The notes below the pieces were generated by a model. That model was not told the DNA's origin. It searched no databases and saw only the letters and a list, made by a program, of their open reading frames with translations. A DNA stretch of 64,000 nucleotides from a virus (lineage: Duplodnaviria; Caudoviricetes). Within the stretch, counting starts at the first letter, position 1. Each line of letters starts with the position of its first letter. This document shows, piece by piece, positions 1 through 7,355 of this stretch. Where the stretch lies: IMG/VR virus record IMGVR_UViG_3300005533_000226, positions 841 to 64,840 of that record; one strand, given 5' to 3'. A program made the position numbers and the translations under genes.

Positions 1-183
1 TTTTCGCTCGGCAATGTAGTCGGCTAATTGGGTTTCCGCATTAGCGCGCTCCGTAAAGCCGCAACCTGTGCGCTTTCCGAAAGTGCCGTCGCGGATGCAC
101 CACGTTTTTCTTTTCTTATCCCAATAGAGCCTTGCGCCTTTCGTGCGAATAACGCCCTCGCTTCCCCAACGGTGGTGAACCAC
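1..183 (-). CDS. int: Tyrosine integrase, N-terminal part (runs off the window; not in the ORF track)
   Basis: Minus-strand frame reads ...IRTKGARLYWDKKRKTWCIRDGTFGKRTGCGFTERANAETQLADYIAERK and stays open to base 1. It resembles the arm-binding N-terminus of rhizobial phage integrases. First possible start is GTG at 183. Confidence 0.7.
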   Translation of the reverse strand, partial: MVHHRWGSEGVIRTKGARLYWDKKRKTWCIRDGTFGKRTGCGFTERANAETQLADYIAERK

Positions 184-317
184 TTACGCCCAAACTTTGC
201 GATGGTGATATTGCCATTCTCCGCCTCTGCCTTCAATACGTGAGGCGTGATTTCGTCATCGAAGATTTCGGCGCAGGCGCGTTCAAGCGTGATCGGCTTG
301 TCGTTTTCTTCGCTCAA
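24..317 (-). CDS. Excisionase-like DNA-binding protein
   Basis: Small winged-helix-like protein (ITLERAC...IAKFGRKWFTT) overlapping the integrase start. Confidence 0.6.
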   Translation of the reverse strand: MSEENDKPITLERACAEIFDDEITPHVLKAEAENGNITIAKFGRKWFTTVGEARALFARKAQGSIGIRKEKRGASATALSESAQVAALRSALMRKPN

Positions 318-508
318 CGCTCGCCCCTCATTGCCTTCCCGGCCATCACCGTATCGCCAGCCATTTCATAGCCCAGCGCATTCTTTGCGCGGTTGAGGGC
401 GTGCGCGGTGACGTGCGCACCAAGCTGATGCGCTTCGTGTTCGATGGCCTGAATCTTGGTGGCAAGGTTAAGGCCGTAGGTGGCGACCTTGGTGGTGCGA
501 TCAACCAT
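314..508 (-). CDS. Hypothetical phage protein
   Basis: Coupled ORF in the leftward operon. Confidence 0.6.
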   Translation of the reverse strand: MVDRTTKVATYGLNLATKIQAIEHEAHQLGAHVTAHALNRAKNALGYEMAGDTVMAGKAMRGER

Positions 509-785
509 GTTTCTTCTCCGCTGGCGGCAGCCGGTGGTAGCCGCGACAGCCACCGCGCAGGTCGATCTTCTCTGCCTTCGGTTGCTCGATGACCGGCGCC
601 GGATAGGTTTGCTTCAGCTCGCTGATCGACATTCGCATTTCAGCTTCGCTAAGCGGATGCTCGGCGAGAATGCGCGGGCGCGATTGACCGTAATAGGTGC
701 GGTCATTGTCGGCCCATATCTGCGCTTCAGGGCCACGCATCCCTTCGATCCAAACGAGGAAGCCATGCGCGCTATTCGCGTTCAT
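501..785 (-). CDS. Hypothetical phage protein
   Basis: ATG preceded by AGGAGA; overlaps both neighbours. Confidence 0.6.
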   Translation of the reverse strand: MNANSAHGFLVWIEGMRGPEAQIWADNDRTYYGQSRPRILAEHPLSEAEMRMSISELKQTYPAPVIEQPKAEKIDLRGGCRGYHRLPPAEKKHG

Positions 786-1057
786 GCTGTCTCCTTCGGT
801 TTGACGCGGTATTCCCAGCACTCGCCGTTGAGGCTGATTGCGGGAGACCACCATGGCCAGTCGCGGCCGATTGTTCCGAATGGCGACATCGCTTCTTGGC
901 GACAGTTGAGCCGCAATCTGCGTTGAATCAACTCGCCGCCAAAGTAAATCACGTCGCCGATCTTGACCGGCCAGATGGCGTAATGATCGTGCCACTCCGA
1001 GATGCGCGCGTATTCGCGCTCGCGCGCCTCGCGCATAGATGACGTGTCAATGCGCAT
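782..1057 (-). CDS. Hypothetical phage protein
   Basis: Coupled ORF with GGAGG RBS. Confidence 0.55.
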   Translation of the reverse strand: MRIDTSSMREAREREYARISEWHDHYAIWPVKIGDVIYFGGELIQRRLRLNCRQEAMSPFGTIGRDWPWWSPAISLNGECWEYRVKPKETA

Positions 1058-1259
1058 TGTTCGGCCTCCATAGCTCGTAACTGATGTGAAGCGGCACATA
1101 CGCTGGCCACAAGAAGGCGACCGGCAGCGCGCAAAGCTGCCATCCGTTTTGGCGCTTCGCATCGCAATCGCCGTGCGCAGCCCAGCCGTATGTGATCGCA
1201 ACACCGGCGAGATAGCACCATAGGGTTATCATTGGGGCATGATCGCTGAGGCGCTTCAT
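1047..1259 (-). CDS. Small membrane protein
   Basis: Two hydrophobic segments; coupled ORF. Confidence 0.55.
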   Translation of the reverse strand: MKRLSDHAPMITLWCYLAGVAITYGWAAHGDCDAKRQNGWQLCALPVAFLWPAYVPLHISYELWRPNNAH

Positions 1260-1708
1260 GGCTGACTCCTGTTTTTTTCCAAGAGGCGAATTGCTTCTGT
1301 CCTAAGGGCGCCAGCAATCGCGTAGCCGACGCCCTCACCGCCGCGCGCATATTCTTGCGCTGAAGATAGAATTGATTCTGCAATCTCTTTTCGCAGAAGC
1401 TTTGCAGCCGCGTTGCTTGGCGGCGCGTATCGTTCGATCAGCAGCGCCACGGCATCGTGATCGGTCATCGGATATGGCGCGAAGAAGGATTGGCAAAGGG
1501 CTAGATTGCCAGCGCCGAAAAATAGTTTCCGGCGCTCGTATATTTGCCGCGCGACCGGAATCGTTTCCTCAGGCTCACGCGCTCCCGGCATTGTTGATAC
1601 CGCAAGCGCATGGATGGGCTTGTGGACAATCACCGTGTTGCGGGTCTCTCTTATTATTTCGGTTTCACCGTCACGGAATCCGCCGACGAATTTTTCGGGA
1701 CGGTTCAT
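1256..1708 (-). CDS. Hypothetical phage protein
   Basis: ATGA coupling at both ends. Confidence 0.6.
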   Translation of the reverse strand: MNRPEKFVGGFRDGETEIIRETRNTVIVHKPIHALAVSTMPGAREPEETIPVARQIYERRKLFFGAGNLALCQSFFAPYPMTDHDAVALLIERYAPPSNAAAKLLRKEIAESILSSAQEYARGGEGVGYAIAGALRTEAIRLLEKNRSQP

Positions 1709-1965
1709 GGCTGCCGCTCCGGCATCACCCAATGCCGTTCGGGATATGGCACCTCGCACAGCGCGTTGATCCACATGGTCATGCCAGCGGTGGGCTGATA
1801 GAGGCGTGTTACATCGGGCGTCTTCTTCAGAAGACCAAGCGCGACGAATTCGTTGATGGCGTCGCGTACCGCTGGCAGCTTTAGGTCGCCGTCGCGATAG
1901 TCTTTGTCACCGCCCTCGGTGATCCGATAGAACATTCCGATTTCGATTTTCAGCGGCGTAGGCAT
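1705..1965 (-). CDS. Hypothetical phage protein
   Basis: AAAGGAGACC RBS upstream. Confidence 0.65.
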   Translation of the reverse strand: MPTPLKIEIGMFYRITEGGDKDYRDGDLKLPAVRDAINEFVALGLLKKTPDVTRLYQPTAGMTMWINALCEVPYPERHWVMPERQP

Positions 1966-1994
1966 TCGGTTGGTCTCCTTTGATTGACGCGCGA

Positions 1995-2471
1995 TCAGTC
2001 GCGATATTGGACGCTACGTGGCCACTTGATTTTTCCGGTGGTGAGGAATTCAAGCGCAACTTTTCCGGCCACCGTTTCATTTACGATGGTGTAATCCACG
2101 CCGGTTGGGCCGAATAGGTCTCTAAGGCAGCGCGAGTATTGGTATTCATAGCCATGAGATTTGTTCGCGTTGCACAGCTCATCGCGGCGGCCATCCTGCA
2201 ACGCCAGCAATTCCATCGTTCCCGCGATGCATCCGGCGGTGTTGCACACGTTCGCAGCATCCGCGATGGAAAGTTCTTCGATTGGGCGCATCATTTTTGC
2301 GCCGAATTTTTTGATGAATACGCGCGCCCAAGTTTGCATATCGAATTTCCAAGGCCGCCCGAAGAATCTGAAGCGAACGCCCTTGGCCGCGCCTTCGGCG
2401 AATTTGATCAGGTAGTGGCGCTCGACCTCGCGAATGCCAAGCCGCGTTGAGCTGAGATATTCCTTTTTCAT
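1995..2471 (-). CDS. Hypothetical phage protein
   Basis: AAAGGAGACC RBS; contains CNTAGCIAG. Confidence 0.65.
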   Translation of the reverse strand: MKKEYLSSTRLGIREVERHYLIKFAEGAAKGVRFRFFGRPWKFDMQTWARVFIKKFGAKMMRPIEELSIADAANVCNTAGCIAGTMELLALQDGRRDELCNANKSHGYEYQYSRCLRDLFGPTGVDYTIVNETVAGKVALEFLTTGKIKWPRSVQYRD

Positions 2472-2488
2472 GGCTGGTCTCCTTTGAT

Positions 2489-2884
2489 CTATTCGTATCG
2501 TGGCGGGACAGGCGATCCATCAAAGCGCCTGTAACCCATCTTGCGTTTACGCCCACGGATTCCGCGATGACGCTGCCGCTTGCGGGCTGCGCGCGATTTT
2601 TCGCGCACGTCGCGCCGCGTCTTTTCCTTGTGAGGCTTATCCTTGAGCGCGGGCGCGAGATTGCTTTCGCGGTTCTCGCCGCCGTTGATGATCGCTTTGA
2701 TATGGTCGCAATCCCAATGGTCGCCGGGGAAAATTTTGCGGCCGGTGAGGTAGCATTTTCCTTCATAGCGCCTGAAGACGCGATCCTTGACGCGCGGCGG
2801 CGGCGGCGTGTCCGGCGTCTTGCCGATCCATTCCGGCACGCTGCGCGTGTCGAGTGCGATAGGGGTGATGGCGGGAACGGTCAC
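2489..2884 (-). CDS. HNH endonuclease
   Basis: CYLTG...WDCDHIKAIINGGENRESNL HNH motif. Confidence 0.85.
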   Translation of the reverse strand: MTVPAITPIALDTRSVPEWIGKTPDTPPPPRVKDRVFRRYEGKCYLTGRKIFPGDHWDCDHIKAIINGGENRESNLAPALKDKPHKEKTRRDVREKSRAARKRQRHRGIRGRKRKMGYRRFDGSPVPPRYE

Positions 2885-3600
2885 AGCGCGCTTAACCTTT
2901 CCTCGATGGCCTTGGCCGCCGCCTCATAGACCTGTCCGGCCATCTCTTGCCGGTAGGCGCGCACAATCTCGATGCAGCGCCGGTGCATCGCTGCTTCTTG
3001 CCCGGTGTCGGCGGGTAGAGCGGCGAGGGCTTCTATCGCTTCCTTGCAGGCGTCAGCGATCAGCTTGTTGCTGATGTTTGTGAATTGACGGATCGCGCGG
3101 TTGTTTTCTGACTGAATTCGCTTTACCGCTTCCAGCGCCGTTCGCAGCGTGTTGGATTGGGCGGTGTCAATCGGCTTCCAATGTCCGCGCTGATAGCATT
3201 CACGATCATCAAGGTCGCAATAGCACGCCCCGGCAGGTCGTTTCTTTACCGCTTCTTCGTATGAAATCTCGACAGTCGATAGAACGGCTAGTGCTTCTTT
3301 GGCCTCTTGAAGCATCGCGTCATAGGTAGAATTCGGAAGGCGCGAATAGCTTCTGTCGATTTTTTCTTTGACCAGCGCCCAGTAATTTTCCAGTGCTGCG
3401 CGCAGCTTGTCGGTAATTGGCCTCCCGGTGCCGGTGTAAAGGGACAGTGCAGCGAGAAACAAAACCCCAAAGTCGTCTTTTGAAATGCGACCTTCGATGA
3501 TTTTGCGTGGCCCATCGTTCTCAAATTTAGTTGTGGGACAGAATGTCGGGCGGACTCGCGCTTCAATTGCTCCTAGCGTCGCCAGCAGCTTGTCAGTCAT
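2881..3600 (-). CDS. Hypothetical phage protein
   Basis: 239 aa coupled ORF; contains WKPIDTA. Confidence 0.65.
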   Translation of the reverse strand: MTDKLLATLGAIEARVRPTFCPTTKFENDGPRKIIEGRISKDDFGVLFLAALSLYTGTGRPITDKLRAALENYWALVKEKIDRSYSRLPNSTYDAMLQEAKEALAVLSTVEISYEEAVKKRPAGACYCDLDDRECYQRGHWKPIDTAQSNTLRTALEAVKRIQSENNRAIRQFTNISNKLIADACKEAIEALAALPADTGQEAAMHRRCIEIVRAYRQEMAGQVYEAAAKAIEERLSAL

Positions 3601-3863
3601 GGCTTGCCCTTTCTCTTTGGTTGCCTCGGAGTGACGGCCACTATGACGGCACCGCGCGCAAAGCCCTTCCCTGTCACGCGCATCCCGACCGCTGGCATGA
3701 ACGGCGGTGGCGGAGCTGGGCGACGGAATCGCTTCGGCGGCGGATTGATGCCGCCTTTGCTATTCGAGACCGTTGGCAGCGGTTCCGTGCGCGCCTTCTG
3801 CCGCTTCGCGTGCTGCGCGAGCGCGTAGGCGGAGAGACCTTTCGGCTGTGCTTTCTTTTTCAT
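3597..3863 (-). CDS. Basic hypothetical protein
   Basis: ATGA-coupled to the Tas-like gene. Confidence 0.55.
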   Translation of the reverse strand: MKKKAQPKGLSAYALAQHAKRQKARTEPLPTVSNSKGGINPPPKRFRRPAPPPPFMPAVGMRVTGKGFARGAVIVAVTPRQPKRKGKP

Positions 3864-5113
3864 TTCGGATCGCTGTTTGCAGCCCGCTGGATTAACTCAA
3901 GTCTCCGCCACTCTTGGAACATCGCCTTGAGGAATTTTTTCACCACGTAACGGCTCGCTCTGATGGCGGCATATTCAGCGTAGCTTTCGCGCAATTGGCC
4001 ATCCGTCATCACCGGCTCGCGGGCAAATTCAGGATTATTTTGCACCTCATATCTGCATCGGCTGACAAACATTTTTTGCCAGCAGGTCATTTTGTCGTTT
4101 TTTTCGATGTCTTCGCCGACAAGAGGGCGTTTCATATAGCCGACAAGGTTATCCTCTATGAGATGCGCTGCTGCGCGCCGCCGTGGGCTATAGCCAGCAT
4201 TTTCCCATTCTGATTTTGAAAGTCCCGTGGCGCCCATTTTTCGCCACGTCGCGCAGGCGCGCACGGTGCCGTCCGCGCCTTTGACTGGCGCGAGACCAAG
4301 TCGCTTATAGAGCGCAGAGAATGAGCTGTATTTGGAGATGTCGCCGCATTCGCCGATGATGCGAACAAGCGACTTGATGCCAAGTCCTCTGAAGCCTGTA
4401 AACCACGTCGCGATAGGAATTGTTTTTGCGATTTTCCCTAGGTATTTATCCAGCTCCTTGATTTCATTTTCTATTGAATCGCTGAGTGCGATGATCGGAA
4501 GAACAGTGAATTTTTTGTCTTCATCTTCCGGCAGCATATCGCCTGATATAATACGCTTGAGCGCGTCGCCTCCCTTCTTCCAAGATTCTTTTTGCCCAAG
4601 ATGACTATAGCTGCGAGCGCAAAATGCGCGCGCGCGATTGTCGATTCCGATTTTCAATTTTTCCCATGCTCGATGCGTGGGCCATAGAGAAACGATTTGT
4701 TCTATGGGCGTGAAATTTTGATCTGACGCTGGGGCGGTGATTTGGGTGCTGCCAATGGTCCGATCACGGTCAAGCGATGGCTTTTTGAGTTGTGTATTGG
4801 AAGCGGCTTGACCAAAATCTTCGGAAGACATCTTCCCACTGATCGGTGGTTTTTGGCTGGTCTTCCGCGCGGATTTTTTGTCCGCAATAGAGTCGCCCGG
4901 CTGGCTCCCTTTGATATGCGTAAGCTTTGTGGCCGGGCGCGCTGATTTCTCAGCGATAGATTCGGATGGCAGAAGAAATTTGGTTTGCACCAGCGTTGGG
5001 GCCATCCGCGCGGTTTTCTTCCCGCGAACAAGTTTGCCCGGCGTGACCGTTCCGGTTTCGACCGCTATAGTGGCCGGGCATCCGCTTTGCGCGGAAATTT
5101 CATGCTTGCTCAT
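3860..5113 (-). CDS. IS110/Nop-domain RNA-binding protein (TasA-like); no RuvC or HNH domain; N-terminus encoded by the stem-loop array
   Basis: Coiled coil, then WFTGFRGLGIKSLVRIIGECGDISKYSSFSALYKRLGLAP (IS110 Transposase_20-like), YSPRRRA, and C-terminal AIRASRYVVKKFLKAMFQEWR. The likely ATG at 5113 overlaps the upstream stop. Confidence 0.8.
   Translation of the reverse strand: MSKHEISAQSGCPATIAVETGTVTPGKLVRGKKTARMAPTLVQTKFLLPSESIAEKSARPATKLTHIKGSQPGDSIADKKSARKTSQKPPISGKMSSEDFGQAASNTQLKKPSLDRDRTIGSTQITAPASDQNFTPIEQIVSLWPTHRAWEKLKIGIDNRARAFCARSYSHLGQKESWKKGGDALKRIISGDMLPEDEDKKFTVLPIIALSDSIENEIKELDKYLGKIAKTIPIATWFTGFRGLGIKSLVRIIGECGDISKYSSFSALYKRLGLAPVKGADGTVRACATWRKMGATGLSKSEWENAGYSPRRRAAAHLIEDNLVGYMKRPLVGEDIEKNDKMTCWQKMFVSRCRYEVQNNPEFAREPVMTDGQLRESYAEYAAIRASRYVVKKFLKAMFQEWRRLELIQRAANSDPK
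4720..5095 (-). ncRNA. Array of six 46-nt stem-loop guide-like units (TIGR-like stem-loop array)
   Basis: Units at 5035-5080, 4963-5008, 4894-4939, 4822-4867, 4768-4813 and 4720-4765. Each has an 8-bp inverted repeat around exactly 30 nt, with CCA- and YCA-like motifs 18 nt apart. Confidence 0.85.
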
Positions 5114-5628
5114 TGCCAAAAACCTTTCTGTGAATCTTGTTAGCCTGCTGAAGCGAGATGCACTGGCGAACGGTTTTTCCTTCGCTGATTTTTTTCGCGA
5201 TGAGTTTATAGAAGCTGCCCTTGGCGAGCATGTTTCTACCCTGCGCAAAATAGAATTCGCTTTCTTCAAGCAATTCTTCGCGCGTAACGTCGCCAAGTTT
5301 TCTTCCTGAACGCAGCATCATATCAAATAGGATGTTGCGCATTCCTTCCGCCGCCGCAGCCGTGGCTCGCGCCCCTTCTTCGTCCGGCCTGTTGGCGTTA
5401 TCCCAAATTTGTTTTCGCTGAGCGCGAGTGCAATGGCGGATCACGTTGTCACACGCGGTCCAAACCATAGCGTCAAAAAGTCCGCGATATAGTGATGGAT
5501 CGCGTTTGACGCGCTCAACCATCTTCTCGCGCGCTTTCTCAATAATGCCATCACACTCGTCGAGCGACTCCTTGGCCACGTCCCGAATTTTATTTTGAGT
5601 TGCCGGTGTGACGGAAAAAAAAGTTCAT
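5100..5628 (-). CDS. Hypothetical helical protein directly upstream of the Tas-like gene; apparent frameshift in a T8 run near its 5' end
   Basis: Open 5100-5579. The ATG at 5628 (ATGA-coupled) joins this frame only if the A8 at 5615-5622 were A7. Confidence 0.65.
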
Positions 5629-6044
5629 GCTGCCTCCTTCATGCGCTTCTGATTCCGCCGCTGGCCGCTCTTGCAAAGCCAGCGCAGATTGCCGCGCGTA
5701 TTGTTGAGGGTGTCGGTATCTATGTGATCGCCGGTGTGCCGATCCGTTGGACGCGGCAGGCCCATGCGATCAAGGATGACATCGTGCATCATTATGGTGA
5801 CGCGCCGATTTTCTTTGCGCGGACCTACGCGAATACAGCGTCGGGCATAGACGTGATTGCCGTGGCGCTTGTCGCTGATTTTGAATGTCCACGGCCATTG
5901 CATCAGATAGTCATAGTCTTCGGCCGACACGCGCACGCAGTATTGCGCTTTCGCGCCTATCGTGATCGTGCGCACATCCTCGTTGCGAGGATCATAAAGC
6001 TGGATCACCCGGTCGCCGGGGAATGGGATGACATCGCCGCTCAC
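5625..6044 (-). CDS. HNH endonuclease (HNH_3 type)
   Basis: MHDVIL...GDHIDTDTLNNTRGNLR. Confidence 0.85.
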   Translation of the reverse strand: MSGDVIPFPGDRVIQLYDPRNEDVRTITIGAKAQYCVRVSAEDYDYLMQWPWTFKISDKRHGNHVYARRCIRVGPRKENRRVTIMMHDVILDRMGLPRPTDRHTGDHIDTDTLNNTRGNLRWLCKSGQRRNQKRMKEAA

Positions 6045-6667
6045 GTCGAGGCTCCCTGCGTCTCAGTGGGGTCTTCCTCGATGGCGCCCAGCTCGCGCAG
6101 CTTCAGAAAGAGCCGCTTGGTGCGTTGCATATCTTGCCAAGCGTTGTGAAAGCCGCTGCGCGGTTCTTCGCTCAGAAGCTTCACACAAGCCTCATCGAGC
6201 GATGGCCACTTAAATGTGCCGTTCTTGCTGCCGTTCTTCGGCGGGATTTTGCAGAGCTGCGTTGACAGCTTCATCGTGTCGAGCCACGTCAGGCCCGGCC
6301 TCAGCCAGTTGTCTGTCGGCTTTCCGCGCCGCAGGATAGCGCCAGCGATCAGGTCTTTGTCGAAATCGACGCCGTGCCCGATAACGTGAGTGGCTTGGCT
6401 GGCGAGGCCGATGAGCATTCCAAGTGCCGTGACCTCGCTGACGCCCCGCCGGGCGGCCTCCTTGCTGCTGATTCCGTGGATCAGCGCAGCGCCTTCGCGG
6501 ATTTTCCGCCCCTCAGCGCGCACTTTGATATAGAAGAATTCCTGCGCCCAGCCCTCATCATCGAACAGCTCAGCAGCGATGGCGACCGGCCACGGTTGCG
6601 CCGGATCATCAAGCGCAAGATGCTGCTTGATCAGGTCGCTGCTTTCGCAATCGAAGGCGAGGAACAT
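6041..6667 (-). CDS. DEDDh 3'-5' exonuclease (DnaQ-like)
   Basis: AFDCES, GHGVDFD and HNAWQD motifs. Confidence 0.85.
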   Translation of the reverse strand: MFLAFDCESSDLIKQHLALDDPAQPWPVAIAAELFDDEGWAQEFFYIKVRAEGRKIREGAALIHGISSKEAARRGVSEVTALGMLIGLASQATHVIGHGVDFDKDLIAGAILRRGKPTDNWLRPGLTWLDTMKLSTQLCKIPPKNGSKNGTFKWPSLDEACVKLLSEEPRSGFHNAWQDMQRTKRLFLKLRELGAIEEDPTETQGAST

Positions 6668-6674
6668 GGCGCGT

Positions 6675-6902
6675 TCACTCGCTGATCAATTCGATCTTGC
6701 CGGTGAACGGCTCGAATTCTTCTTCGCCCCAACTTTGGCAATGAAAACCTAGGTGGTATCCGCCGACATTAACGGCAACAACGGTGCCACAGTTCTCGGC
6801 ATGGAAAAGCACAACAAATTCGCATCCGCCCTTGGTGTATTTTTTCAAGCAAGGATATGCGGATCGCGGCGCTTTATTTGATGGCACAATTACTGATCTC
6901 AT
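6675..6902 (-). CDS. Hypothetical phage protein
   Basis: AAAGGAGACC RBS. Confidence 0.6.
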   Translation of the reverse strand: MRSVIVPSNKAPRSAYPCLKKYTKGGCEFVVLFHAENCGTVVAVNVGGYHLGFHCQSWGEEEFEPFTGKIELISE

Positions 6903-7001
6903 TTTTGGTCTCCTTTGGTTTCCGAGTGGCGGGAGGGGGAAGAGTCAGCCGGACAGAACCCCCTCCCGCCCGCATCCCGCCGGGCGGCCCCGGCGAGCGC
7001 G

Positions 7002-7355
7002 TTAGATGTCCAATCTCATTTCAGCGCGCCGCGACGCCTCCATTGATCCAAGTTGCCGATCCTTCATCTCGATGTAGCGAAGCTGCACCTTCAGAAGATT
7101 CGCCGCCTTCCGCGCCTCGACCATCCTCTGATTGAACTGCGCCCATTCCGGCGAAGCCTTCACAGTCTGTTGCGCCTTGTTGAACGCCATCTTGGGATTC
7201 TGTTCTTGAACGCTGGCGATCAACTGCGCTTCGGTTGCAGAGCGCGTGTTTTCGAGAAGGGACGCAGCGGCTTCCGCGTCCACCCATTTTTTCGCAGCGA
7301 TGCGATATTCTTCCGGCCAGTCGCGGCGCCTGTTCGGATCAGCGGGCGCCACCAT
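7002..7355 (-). CDS. Coiled-coil protein, possibly a UvsY-like recombination accessory
   Basis: All-helical; lies next to the SSB and SSAP genes. Confidence 0.5.
   Translation of the reverse strand: MVAPADPNRRRDWPEEYRIAAKKWVDAEAAASLLENTRSATEAQLIASVQEQNPKMAFNKAQQTVKASPEWAQFNQRMVEARKAANLLKVQLRYIEMKDRQLGSMEASRRAEMRLDI

Noticed and set aside
4720-5095. CRISPR array
   Set aside because: No identical direct repeats and no cas genes; conservation is in structure and length only.
3860-5296. Annotation as an inserted IS110 transposon
   Set aside because: There is no N-terminal DEDD RuvC domain, and the gene is translationally coupled within the phage operon with no separate non-coding element ends. 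The 5296 start overlaps the upstream gene by about 200 nt, so 5113 is preferred.
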